NCBI GenBank assembly: GCA_963514005.1
Contig: OY740790.1
Coordinates: forward strand, 38,316,001 to 38,380,000
From: Raja brachyura
Lineage: Eukaryota
Reading direction: 5' to 3'
DNA length: 64,000 nucleotides
Part shown: positions 52,704-64,000 of the stretch, piece by piece
Layout: every line of letters starts with the position of its first letter
Numbering within the stretch: position 1 is the first letter of the stretch
The notes under the pieces: generated by a model
What the model was told of the DNA's origin: nothing
Databases searched by the model: none
What the model saw: only the letters and a program-made list of their open reading frames with translations
Program-made: the position numbers and the translations under genes

Positions 52704-53539
52704 TTACGCCCGACCGACAGCGGGTCCAGTGTCGCTAGCTCCATTGCTGGCGTCGGACTTGGTGACTTAGGCGGGCATCCGCTAACAATACTATCATGGT
52801 CCTCAAACCATTTCCCTGTGGATCGCCTCGCCGACACCTCCTTCACTTTCTGTAACATTTTGACGGTCTACACCCTACAGCTAAAACAGAAAGTGAATGC
52901 ACGAAAGTTTGAAATTTACCCTGTGTTTTAAACTTACCGCTTGGACCAATACGTCTGACGTAATGGCGCACCAACGGCTGGATGGGGTTCTTCACGTTGT
53001 CACTCACGTGACTCCGAAGTAAAATACAAGAGATTTCAGGGCGAATATTCAATGATTTTCAATATTATTAATTCTGTATAAAATCCACTGAAAAAAAATA
53101 ATCCCAGGTTTACTTTTTTCACCATTTTAAATTTCATCAAATTATAGGTGATTGGTTTATAAAGCTAAGCTTTATATCTTAAAATGGCCTGTTGTGGGTC
53201 ACACAATTTGGAAAATTAGAATCTACTGAAAATTGTTGCTCTCATTCCCAATATGTATTCAACAAAATCATTGCGGAATATTTGATCACTTCTGCAGGTT
53301 CTGGTAATGCCACCTGCCAAGCATTTTGAGTCATGTTAGCTTCCACGTAAAGAGAGAAGTGCAAAACTCTGAGAACTAGTTTCGTATTTACATTTTCATA
53401 TTCCTTTACAATATTGAAGAATGCCATTTAGCCACTATGGCAGCTCTCAGAGCTATCCCATCAATTCCATTCCAGATTTCTTTACACATAACCTATTCTT
53501 TTGAACGTGTCTAGTAGCTCCCACCTTAATCTCCCCTAC

Positions 53540-53730
53540 CACTGACGTACATGAGGGATAATTTCCATTAGCCAAGTAAACCAGTATATCTTCAGGATAA
53601 TGGAAGAAATTGGAGCACTGAGGTGAAACCCATGCAGTCACAGGGAGAATATATGTACTCCGCATATATAACACCGAGCTGAGAATTGAACTGGGCTAGT
53701 GGAGCTTGGAGGTAGCATTGGCACTGCAGC
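53540..53730 (-). mobile_element. Old V-SINE
   Basis: GAAATTGGAGCAC...GAAACCCATGCAGTCACAGGGAGAAT. Confidence 0.65.
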
Positions 53731-54759
53731 ACATCAATGCCACCCCCCATCTGCCCCCTTCATGGCATCATTTATCCTGACTGGAGGTTCTGCCACCTAC
53801 ACACTGATGCATACCTGTGTTCTCCCAGCCTTTCATGGCTTCTTCATGTTTAACAGAGAATACTGATTGTTTGTAATGCATTTTAATGCTCTCAATGGCT
53901 TTCTACATGAAGGTCATTCGAAAAGTCAATGCCCTTAATTGTTTGCAACCAGTTCAATTTCATTCGCTTGCAGTCTACTATTCCTGCTATCAGTTTATTC
54001 TTCACACACATCCAAATCTATCCCTGAAGTTTTGATATTGAGCTGACCATGGCAAATTGTGTTTTGATAATGAGCTGACCATGGCAAACAACTTCCTACA
54101 ATATGAACATAATTTCTTTATGTGCTATCTGATTATGACCAAATGATCATTTCTCAGTCTCTCCTTTCATGGATGAATTGTGCCACTAGTTCTCATCTTT
54201 TCACAAAGCTCAGTCCCTTCAAAGCACTGATTCATCTTTCAGTTTCTGCTTCGATGCCCTCAAATCTTTGCATTAGGCCAAATTATATCCCACAGTGTTG
54301 CTTCAGGCCTGCACCTGGTTGCCTCTACTGCTTCCTTTTTCTTCATGGGCATTCTGATGGGGTCAAAGACACATGGCTTGCACTAGAGTCTATGGGTTCT
54401 GAGGGGATTGAGGTCAATTGCGTAACCTATAGGCCCGTGCACAGCATGGAGCGGGTGGTCTTTTATGGGATGGGTGGAAGAATGGGGTTATAGATGTTGT
54501 CCAACATTTTGCTTATATTTTTGGGCTTCCACTTGCTTTTGTCATTGAAAAGTCAAGCTGCTTAGGGCTTTCCCAGATGCTTTTGGTGATTTTAAACACT
54601 CATGAGCTGAGGATTCGCATATGTCAGTATGGGCGTACACGTTTTGCAGGAGGGTTTGAGAATGTTCTTGAGCCAGTTTCTCTTACTTCCTGGACATTTC
54701 AGAACTCATATGCATGCTGTTCCAAGAGTGTGCATCAAGCATGCTGATGTTGTGGCCCA

Positions 54760-55340
54760 TTCTCTAGAACTAATTGAGCTTGATCCATGCAGCAGACATT
54801 TCTAACTCGCAAGAAGACTTGGATAATTGGCTGACATGTGGCGAGCAACATAAGTGGCAAGTAATAACTAACCACTTACACACAAGGACACGAGAGAATC
54901 TAACCATCTCCCCCTTGACATCGAAACTTCTCCTGGAAAGATCAAGAAATTCAACTGGACCTGCAACTTAGATGCTCTGGCTGCGAGAGCAGTCAGAAGC
55001 TGGGCATTGTGCAGTGAATGACTCCCCTCTTGGTAGCCTAAAGTATTTTCATGATCCACATGACACAAGTAATAGTTTCTTTATTGTCATTGTAACATGA
55101 ACCATGTACAACAAAATTTAAAAGTAAGGAACATGATCAAATGCTCATGACTTGCCTAATGAGTGTAACTCCAATAACATGCAACACAATCCAGGACAAA
55201 GCAGCCCACTTGATTGCTACCCTGTTCATCATCCATACCCTTCATTCCCTCTTCCTACTGACCCACAGCGTCTGCAGTGTGAACCATCGACAAAATAAAC
55301 TGCATCAACTTTCTTTGGCTAGTCCAACAACTCCTATAAA
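54760..55340 (+). mobile_element. Ancient CR1/L2-type LINE relic
   Basis: QEDLDN...W...WQV and IQDKAAHLI remnants. Confidence 0.45.
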
Positions 55341-55464
55341 GTGCTTCAAAACTCTAGCATAGAAATTCCAGAGCATCCAAGAAGATGTGCTTGACTGAAA
55401 TTGAAGATGGACCCCAGTGATGTTTTCTCCAATGTAAATGTGTTATCCAGAGGTCAGGACTAGT

Positions 55465-55598
55465 GTGTAGGAAGGAACTGCAGATGCTGGTTTAAACCGA
55501 AGATAGACACAAAAAGCGGTCCTAACTCAGCTGGACAGGCAGCATCTCTGGAGAGAAGGAATGGATGATGTTTTGAGTTGAGACCCTTCTTCAGACTC
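55465..55598 (-). mobile_element. PLE-derived mini-element with 11-bp TSD
   Basis: TCAGGACTAGT at 55454-55464 and 55599-55609. Confidence 0.82.
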
Positions 55599-58500
55599 TC
55601 AGGACTAGTTCTTGATGAGGGGACTAGTGAGATTTCAAGGTTAGGGATGACTGACAACTACCCACAAGGAACTTGTGATGGGTGGAAATGTGGTTCATGT
55701 CATATTTGCAATTGTTAATGAGATACCTGGCCAGAAAGGGACTAGATTCAAATTCCTCCATTTAATTAGTAAGATCCAGTTATTGTAGAAATTACTGACA
55801 ATGGTCACTCAGAGGACACCTTTGTCCAGGTTCCCTCTCAGCGCTCCAGAAGACGGCTGAATGAGAAATCATGCTAACATTTGAAATCATTTCTGAGGCC
55901 CGTGGGTGATTCAGTCCAGGAGATGCCCAGTCAGATTTCAGGAGAAACCCAGAAATTGCCATTATTGTGTTTCACTGCAGAAACAAAAATCGATTTTCAT
56001 TGCATAATGCTGAACGAGCAGCACTTTTATGATTGAATTTTCAGTTCACAATGTTTCGCATTGCAGTTCAAATCCAAAATTCCCAATATAAAATATCTAA
56101 TGTTATAAATAGTAACAAAATATTCTCTCACCTATGCCCCTAACATTTTAGTGATTCAGGCAACAGCATTATCTTTAGAGGTTTCCCAGTGGTGCTTTCA
56201 TAATCAATAATAGCTCTCACAGACTTTGTGCAGCGATGGAGGATTCTGCTTTCCTGCCAGGTTTAATTTTCCAGAAGGTCTTTCTGATCATCCAAAGTGG
56301 ACTGATTAGAAATAATAATTGAATAAGCCATCATTTAAATTTAGGAACCACAAATAGCATTGCTTTTTTTTACCCACTGGACTGAATCATGAATCACGTG
56401 TCTTTTTTTCAGGGATCAGGCACTTTTTAACCCTTTTGGTGTTTGATAAGTTTTTGAACAAGGTTTTGAAGAGTTCCATGCACAGTTTAACTTCTTGCTT
56501 TTTTCCTATGAATAATAGGTCGAATGTATAGCACTCTGAAAGCTAGGTTCTCTGCATTTTATTAGAACACCAACTTAAAAACATCAGAACATTTTAGAAA
56601 GGTAGAAATGTTTTACTTCTCCCTGTGAATCAAACGTCCATAAAATGGCTGCCTTGCTTTTAATATGAACATATCTCTTAAAGAGCTGAAGACCTTGCAA
56701 TTGTCCATCATGTCACTGAATTGGCAATCTCCTCATACCAGCCAAATATAGAAAAGTTTATCATGTATTAATATCAAGGGCAACTTTGAAAAATCCCAAA
56801 GGTCAGTCCAATGCATCCTCAGTGATCACTAAATTTCTCTGCACTCCATCCTTGTCAACTAAGATGACATAAAGTGCTACAGTTACATCCAAAAGGTGGG
56901 ATGTGTGCACAAATGTTAATACTGCTAGCTTTCAAATTATATTTAATTGTAGTAAGTAAATACTGTCACAGTACAAGTCCATTTAAATGTCTTGTGGGAA
57001 TTAAATATCTAAATGTTTTCCACAGTGGATAACTATGGCATATTTAAAGTAATAATTCCAGAACTAAGTGTTTTTAAATTCAGTACTAACAAAGGAAAAC
57101 ACAGACATACAACCTGTGGTAACTAGAATTATTATCTCGCTCCTGAGGCCATGGTGCTTAGTTTTGTGCTGGTAAATCTTTTTTTTAAACACAAGAAAAT
57201 TCCTTTCAACGGCCCTGGAAACAACTTTGCTGTGGCACAGCAGAGGTTCAGAGGGATCACATGCAAATTAGTTCTCTTGGCAAGCAGCTCAATAGTGTCT
57301 TCCTGCGGCATGAACTTGAACTTGTTGCAAAGTTGCATGCCTCAGCAAAAGAGGTTGTGGGATGCAGGAAGAAAGAAGCGACAGTGTTTAGCATAAGAAT
57401 GAATTTTGGACCAAAGTGCAATCAGGTTCTCTCAGACTAACTCCCAGAGACATGGCATCGCTGTGGGCCAATGTTAGAAATAGGACAAAAGAAGTAGTTG
57501 TACAGCAGACGTATTCAGAAGTTTCATACCTTGGGTTCAGACAGTACAAATATCTATTAGCAATTAAATAAATAAATTGGGGGCTAAACCTGGAACTAAA
57601 AATGCCAATGCTTTGGGTTTAACCAAGATAAAACATACTTTAATTTACGCTATGGCCAATATTTTTACTTGAACATGATGATAGAGTGATCCATCTGTGC
57701 TGGTGCTGATGTTGCTTATTATTTGTGACTAAGAAGTAAGCAATTACCAAGAGTTAGCTGCCCTTCCTGTATCTAATTGCTCACCTAATGCTGACCATAT
57801 TTTCTAAAAACTAAAACTCATGATTTGCTGCGCCTGTTAATCACAGTTACATGTTTCCTGCTCTTTGTGATTAACCGGAACCGGGCATTTTCCCTGTAAT
57901 CCTAATGCTGTGAATGCAGTTGTTGTAATCATTTTCCAACAAGACCGTAATCTTTTATTTAAAAAAAAGAGAGAAAGGCGGGGGAAAAGCAGGAAATGAG
58001 CTGTCTTTTGTCAAGAGATTTCCGAAATGTAATGACTGTTGAAATATTTGTGTTGAACTGGCCTGTCGGCAGGGGTCTGTCCTGTCTGCTGCTGACACTT
58101 GGGTTCTTTAGAATTCACACCACAATATCCTCAAAAACCCTTCTGGTAGATCAGGTAGGCCAGCGGTGCTCTTTGATGGTTTTTTCATGAGCAAAGGAAC
58201 AGCATAATGAGAGGAAGCTATTGCTCAAGCATAAAATACTCTTTGAGGTAGCGAAATGGCAGAGTTAACACTGTCTAAGAAGCTTTTTCTTTCCTTTATT
58301 TCTCATTAATTTTTTTGTCCCTGTGCATGTTCCATGATGGGAGATGTTTTGTCTGCAAAACAGTTCTGCAACGTCCCGCACCTGCCTCTGAAAGAAGAGG
58401 TTCATGTGACTGTGCTTGAATCAACAATAAAACAATAATAAGGGAATCGGTGAATGCACCCTGTGTGTTTGCTGCAGGGAAAACGATAAAACAGACTGGT

Positions 58501-59177
58501 TGATTTGCGTGTAATGTAGTCTTTAAACTTCATTATTCAACGGACAATTGGAATAATCAACGGTGTTTGTAAAAGAAGAAAAATGTCTAGTGCAAAATAG
58601 TAGGGATGTGAGTGCTGGCCACCATAAAGCAACTGTGAGCCAAGTTAAATTACCGAATGGATCCAGTTGTTAACATTGTAAACTTACCTGTTCTAAAACT
58701 CTAAATCACCCGGAATATGGGATTATCTGGGAAAGGATGTCCTTTGATATAAATCTAGAGGGACTCTGGGGTGAATTGTTTCTAGTGCAATTTTTCCAAC
58801 ACCCAAACGTTAGCTGCTGGGTATTTAGTCGCAAACAATTTTAGCTTTACTTTTTGTTGTGATTTTTATTGGGAGACATTAGTCATATTACCAATCTTTG
58901 CAATGCAATCACAGAGAAAATATGACAATGCTTACTGTTAGACCAAGAAGCAAAGCAACTTGATTGAGCAGCTAAACCCTTGAACATTACTTCATGTGTT
59001 TCATTTTCTGAAATTGTATTACCTAATTTTGAGATTGACTGGAGTACAATTGACATAAGTGTGAACAAATGGTGTCAATGGAATGCCAATGATAATAGTC
59101 TTGCAAGGCAGTAACATCGGCTCAAATTCTGGTAAGTCCTAAAATGCGAAACCAATAACGGACTGACATTAAAAATT

Positions 59178-59858
59178 ACCATACAGCTGTAGAAGTTCAG
59201 AAGAGTATTCGGTGACATGCTGAAGCTCCTGAATCTTTTAAGGAAGTACAGGTGTAGATGAGCATTTGCTGCGATTACTTCAATATGCTGGGTTGAGATC
59301 AGATCTTCAGAAATGTGCAGACCCAAGAGTTTGAAGCTGTTGGCTCTCTCCATCACCATCCCTTTGCTGTGCCCACAATTTGCTGCAATTTCTTGCGGTC
59401 TTTGATGGAGCTGTTCCCAAACCAAGCTGTGGTGCATCCCATTAAAATGCTTTATATGGCACAGCTGTAGAGTTGTTGGGGACATGCCAAACTTCCTAAG
59501 CATTCTAAGGTGTGCTTTCTTGGTCGTTACTTCAATATGGGTGGTGCAGGAGAAGTTGTTGGTGATATTGACTCTTAGTAATTTGAAGTTATCAACCATC
59601 TCTACTTCGACGCCGTCAATGCAAACTGGGGTATGTTCACTTCCTCAAGTCGGTCACTATCTCACTATCTCCTTTGTCTTGCTGACATTGAGAGAAAGGT
59701 TGTTGTTTCGACACCAGGACATGAGGTTCTCGATCTCCTTCCTGTGCTCCGTCTCACCATTATTTGATATCCAGCCCACAATGGTGGTGTCATCTGCGAT
59801 TTTGAAAATTGAATTAGATTCGTACATGGCTGCACAGTCATGGATGCACAAGGAGTAA
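59178..59858 (-). mobile_element. Rex1/Babar LINE RT fragments (two abutting pieces)
   Basis: HDC......NSIFKIADDTTIVG.ISNN.E..R.E...L..WC..NNLSLNVSKTKE; FK.LG..I...AH..L..L..F.MSP.TL appears twice. Confidence 0.82.
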
Positions 59859-60319
59859 AAAAGGGGAATGATTTAAACAAAGAATTTATGTATCGTAAAT
59901 AAGTTATGAAAATGTCATATTGGAATGTTTTCATTTTCTGAGACATACCCAGATGCTATCTTATCTGAAGCTTTATTTTTTCCAAAGCTAATTGCAGCTG
60001 TTTCTTTTCAGATAATGATGATGTTTCTTGGCATGAATTAATTACCTGGCTTTATTTCAACATTATTGTCCTTGTATTTCTATGAATTCCAGAATGGGTT
60101 TTTCAAAGACCCAAATAGTTTTCTATCTAGGTTTTAATTTTTGTGATATGTGATTTAACCCATTAGTTTCTGTTGATTGTAAAACAACTACAACAATTGA
60201 AAGACGCAATGTTTCGTCATTGACATTTAACTGAGCCACATACAAGGTATTTAAGTACACATATGTGAGCACTGTAAATGTTGAGAAAGGGGGAGGTGCA
60301 TTACTCGGTGAAAGTAAGG

Positions 60320-61030
60320 ATGGAGATGCAGCGGAAGATAAAAAAAGCTAATGGTGTATTTGCCTTCTTGATGAGAGGATTGAATCAAGGAGTGCAATTG
60401 TAATTACTGCAACTGTTATTATATAAAAAAAATAACATCCCGAGAAGACTGAACAGACTAATGCAGGAATGTTGTTCCCAATAGTGGGGAAGACCAGAAT
60501 CATGGCTCACAACTTAAGATATGAGACAGCCATTTAAGATTGAGATGAGAAGTGATTTCACCATCCAAAGAGTGAAGTACCTGTGAAATCCTCAACCTTG
60601 GTTGAAGAATTGGACTTGGTTAAGGCCAATTCAAAAATATTTTTGTGAAGGAGTTAGATATGGTTCTCATGACAGGTAGACAAAAATGCTGGAGAAACTC
60701 AGTGGGTGAGGCAGCATCTGTGGAGAGAAGGAGTTGGCAACATTTTGGGTCGAGACGTTTCGGGTCAATCTGAAGAAGGGTCTTGACCCGAAACGTCGCT
60801 AATTCCTTCTCTCCACAGATGCTGCGTCACCTGCTAAGTTTCTCCAGCATTTTTTGTCTACCTTCGATTTAACCAGCATCTGCAGTTCTTACTTAAACAA
60901 ATGATTCTAATGGCTATGAAGATAAAGGGATATAGGAAGATAGCAGTAACACAGCAATCTGGATGAATAGCCATGATCACATTACAGGGCAGGCTAAAAG
61001 GGCAGAATAGCCTACTCCTATTTTGTATAT
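60320..61030 (+). mobile_element. Old CR1 relic interrupted by a fold-back PLE mini-element (60673-60900)
   Basis: KKANG.FAF...G and TR..AHNL remnants; insert flanked by ATGGTTCTCATG / ATGATTCTAATG. Confidence 0.7.
60770..60797 (+). ncRNA. Candidate minimal hammerhead ribozyme motif (PLE type)
   Basis: CUGAAGA-A-GGGU(CUUG)ACCC-GAAA-CGUC; core boxes intact, stem I weak. Confidence 0.5.
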
Positions 61031-61681
61031 CACTGTAAATGTGTTCATTAGTAGGCTTTATTAAATTTCATTTAAAAATGAAGTCATAAAAATTGGATCC
61101 ACAGTTTGACTGACAGCTATTGCATTGAATTGTTCCTGTTTAGGGGCTTGCCTGTGTTCTCTAACAATGACAGCTTTTTGGTTACATTTTGCTTTTATTT
61201 ATGTCTAAACAGTCACCCTGTTACTGTGCATTGATTAGGGTGTCAGCCTTATTGATGTGGCAAAAATCCAAGCGAAAATGTGACAGAAAGATCAGTCACT
61301 CGAGGGAAATAGATTGTAAATAATAATAGAATAAAAAATACACCTAAGGATGGGTAAAAAATACTTGTTTTGCCAACAATGCCTACATTCCATTTATAAG
61401 TACAAAAAAGCTCCGGTGCGCAGGCAGTTATCACAAAGCACCAACTGCAAACACTAAGTTCAGTGGTAAGATAGTATTGTCAAAAGTCATAATTTTGTGT
61501 GTTTTAATGATTGCAGTGCACAGAGATTTTTATTCCTAGTGCAACAAGTTATACATTTTGACTGGATTTTGTAAAAACCGTTTACACTTTTAGTAAAAGC
61601 AGATAAATGCTTCATTCATTTGTAGTTGATCTGTCTCATTTGATCTGCCATTTCATCATTATTTTCTTGCCCTATGTCCAT

Positions 61682-62090
61682 CTCCACTCAGTTCGCAATA
61701 TCTAACCTAATCTCCCGGTGGCTCAGCACTTCAACTCCCCCTCCCATTCTGAATCTGACCTTTCTATCCTGGGCTTCCTTCATGCCCAGTGAGTCCCACC
61801 ACAAATTGGAGGAGTAGCACTTCATATTTTGCTTGGGTAGTTTACACCCCAACGGTATGAACATTGACTTCTCCAATTTCATGGAGTCCCTGCTTTCTTC
61901 CTCCTTCCCCTCCCCTTCCCAGCTCTCCCACAACCTACTGTCTCCGCCTCTATGTTTCGTTTTCCCGCCACCCCCCCCCCACATCAGTCTGAATAAGGGT
62001 CTCGACCCGAAACGTCACTTCGCTCCAGAGATGCTGCCTTACCCGCTGAGTTTCTCCAGCATTTTCCAGCATCTGCAGCTCTTTCTTAAG
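61682..62090 (+). mobile_element. PLE 3' end (GIY-YIG tail plus terminal module)
   Basis: PNLPVAQHFNSPSHSESDLSILG...LEE.HFIFCLGSLHPNGMNIDFSNF, then module at 61989. Confidence 0.85.
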
Positions 62091-62349
62091 CAATGTCATT
62101 GGAATGTTTAATTGACTCAATTGCAGATTATGAACAATTATATGTTATACTATAAAATACCAGGTGAGAGAGGCAGACTGTACTGCTATTCGAACATTAG
62201 TGTAGTGAAGAGGAATGAAAGATGAATTTATTGAAACATATCTTGGGAGATTTACAGGGTAGATACTGAGAGAATGGTTCCTTAGAATAGAGGACATCAA
62301 GAATAAAAGATGCCCACTTGATACATGGCAGAATTCCTTCTCTGACTGA

Positions 62350-62590
62350 TTAGTTTAGTTTTAGAGATACAGCGCGGAAACAGGCAAGTATCACTTTAGA
62401 GATACAGCACGGCCCTTTGGGACGAACAAATTACGCTGACCAGCGATTCCCACACGCTAACATTATCCTACACACCCTAGGAACAATTTACAATTATACC
62501 AAGCTAATTCACCTACAAACCTGTACGTCTTTGAAAGTGCGAGGAACCCAAAGCACCCGGAGAAAACCCATGCGAGTCATGGGGAGAATG
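62350..62590 (-). mobile_element. V-SINE (HE1-like), truncated
   Basis: Homologous to 34146-34450; AGCACCCGGAGAAAACCCATGCG.GTCATGGGGAGAA. Confidence 0.8.
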
Positions 62591-62961
62591 TATTTTGTGT
62601 CTTTGGAATTTCCTATTCCAGAGAGCTGCAAATGCTAAATTCTTTAATATTATATAAAATGAGATGTATGGATTTTTATTAAGTAAAGAAATCGAGAGTT
62701 ATGGGATGGGGTAGGAAGTGAGGAAAATTGGATAATTTATTGCACAATCTTGTGCTTCCATGGCCGATCTGCCATTTCATCATTATTTTCTTGCCCTATG
62801 TCCATATCTTTCATTTCTGTAATATTCAGAATTTTATCTACCTCAGATTTGAAACCAATCAATGACTGAAATTTCACAGGTTGCTTCAGTAGATTATTGT
62901 AAAGATTCATCATTCTGTTGATGATTTTTTTTTTTTCTCATATCAGTAGTTTGCTGCATTG

Positions 62962-63245
62962 GACAATAGCCAATAGGTGCAGGAGTGGGTCATTCAGCCC
63001 TTCGAGCCAGCACCACCATTCATTGTGATCATGGCTGATCATCCACAATCAGTAACCTGTTCCTGCCTTCTCCCCATATCCCTTGACTCCGCTATCTTTA
63101 AGAGCTCTATCTAACTCTCTTTTGAAAGCATCCAGAGAATTGGCCTCTACTGCCTTCTGAGGCAGATAATTCCACAGATTCATGACTTTTTGTGTGAAAA
63201 TGTTTTCCTCATCTCCATTCTGAATGGCCTACCCCTTATTCTTGT
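62962..63245 (-). mobile_element. CR1 3' end
   Basis: Reverse complement of the 530-816 subfamily. Confidence 0.88.
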
Positions 63246-63428
63246 CACTGTCACAAGTACAAACTCTTTGAAGGCATCACAATTAAGCAGAATACTTCAA
63301 GTGTGGTCTCACCTAGTCCTATATATTTGAAATAAGGTATCTGTGCTTTTGTATTCAAATGGTCTTGCAACAAAGGCCAAAATGTCATTTGCCTTCCCAA
63401 TTACTTCCTGTCAGCATCAACATTTCCT

Positions 63429-63531
63429 GGGTTACACAAAAAGCTGGAGAAACTAAGCGGGTGCAGCAGCATCTAAGGAGCGAAGGAGATAGGCGACGTT
63501 TCGGGTCGAGACCCTTCTTCAGACTGCCTCA
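63429..63531 (-). mobile_element. PLE-derived mini-element with 13-bp TSD, inserted in an old CR1 (about 63290-63720)
   Basis: ATCAACATTTCCT at 63416-63428 and 63532-63544. Confidence 0.82.
63495..63522 (-). ncRNA. Candidate minimal hammerhead ribozyme motif (consensus-like copy)
   Basis: Minus strand reads CUGAAGA-A-GGGU(CUCG)ACCC-GAAA-CGUC. Confidence 0.55.
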
Positions 63532-63831
63532 ATCAACATTTCCTAGTCTTTTACCATTTAAACAATGCTCGTGTTTCTGAAGTAATTTGTACTGAAGTAG
63601 ATCACCTCACAGTTTTCTACATTGTACTCCATCTGCCATGGTTATTACTCAACCAGCTTTCCTATATCCACTTGAGGCCTCGGCAACCTCATCACAGCTC
63701 ATATTCCTATTTAGTTTCATGTCATCAGCAAACTTAAAACATTACTGCCTGTGCTTCTTGAGTTCACCCTCGAGAAATTGTCTCCATTTTCACCTTCCCC
63801 TTCTTCCCTACCTGGTTCTATTCTTTCCCTT

Positions 63832-63970
63832 TCATAAGGTTATAAGTTCATAAGTGATAAGAGTAGAATTAGGCATTCGGGCCATCGTCTACTCCGCCAT
63901 TCAATCATGGTTGATCTATCTCTCCCTCCTGGTCCCCATTCTCCTGCCTTCTCCCCATAACCTCTGACCC
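63832..63970 (-). mobile_element. CR1 3' tail
   Basis: (TCATAAG)-like tail repeats, then GCCATTCAATCATGG...CTCCTGCCTTCTCCCCATAA. Confidence 0.75.
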
Positions 63971-64000
63971 AACTGCCTTTTTCTGCCAATTTCACCCCGT

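Larger units (their letters stand above)
48336..53026 (-). mobile_element. Full-length DIRS1-type tyrosine-recombinase retrotransposon, decayed
   Basis: Gag-like, RT, RNase H, methyltransferase-like and YR coding remnants in canonical order; inverted terminal repeats (48410-48443 / 52964-52997) and internal complementary region 48555-48666. Confidence 0.93.

Noticed and set aside
54040-54088. Small tandem duplications (TGAGCTGACCATGGCAAA x2; also near 21814, 34510, 39490, 44242)
   Set aside because: Ordinary slippage or repair duplications with no further structure
61258-61271. NFI-like site TGGC-N5-TCCAA (autoregulation)
   Set aside because: One imperfect match in 64 kb is expected by chance
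40261-64000. Terminal NFIA exon (SWYLG*)
   Set aside because: No TCN-TGG-TAY-YTN-GGN after an AG acceptor found by eye; probably beyond the window

Overview
Vertebrate genomic DNA, most likely a cartilaginous fish (skate or ray, judged from the HE1-type V-SINEs and the CR1 and Penelope repeat content). The only host gene is NFIA (nuclear factor I A) on the + strand. Three coding exons of its proline-rich transactivation domain are present (20662-20849, 37111-37276, 40169-40260), separated by large introns. I could not find the upstream exons or the terminal SWYLG exon in the window. The rest is intron packed with transposable elements: CR1 and Rex1/Babar LINE fragments, V-SINEs, a Tc1 remnant, a hAT nested in a hAT, a CpG-rich MITE, a full-length but decayed DIRS1-type tyrosine-recombinase retrotransposon (48336-53026, - strand) and Penelope-like element (PLE) fragments. 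The most striking pattern is about 20 copies of a PLE 3'-end module carrying a minimal hammerhead-ribozyme-like motif (CTGAAGA-A-GGGT-NNNN-ACCC-GAAA-CGTC). It occurs as TSD-flanked ~90-140 bp mini-elements and as fold-back palindromes. All calls come from reading the sequence by eye; no database searches were run, and the boundaries of old repeats are approximate.
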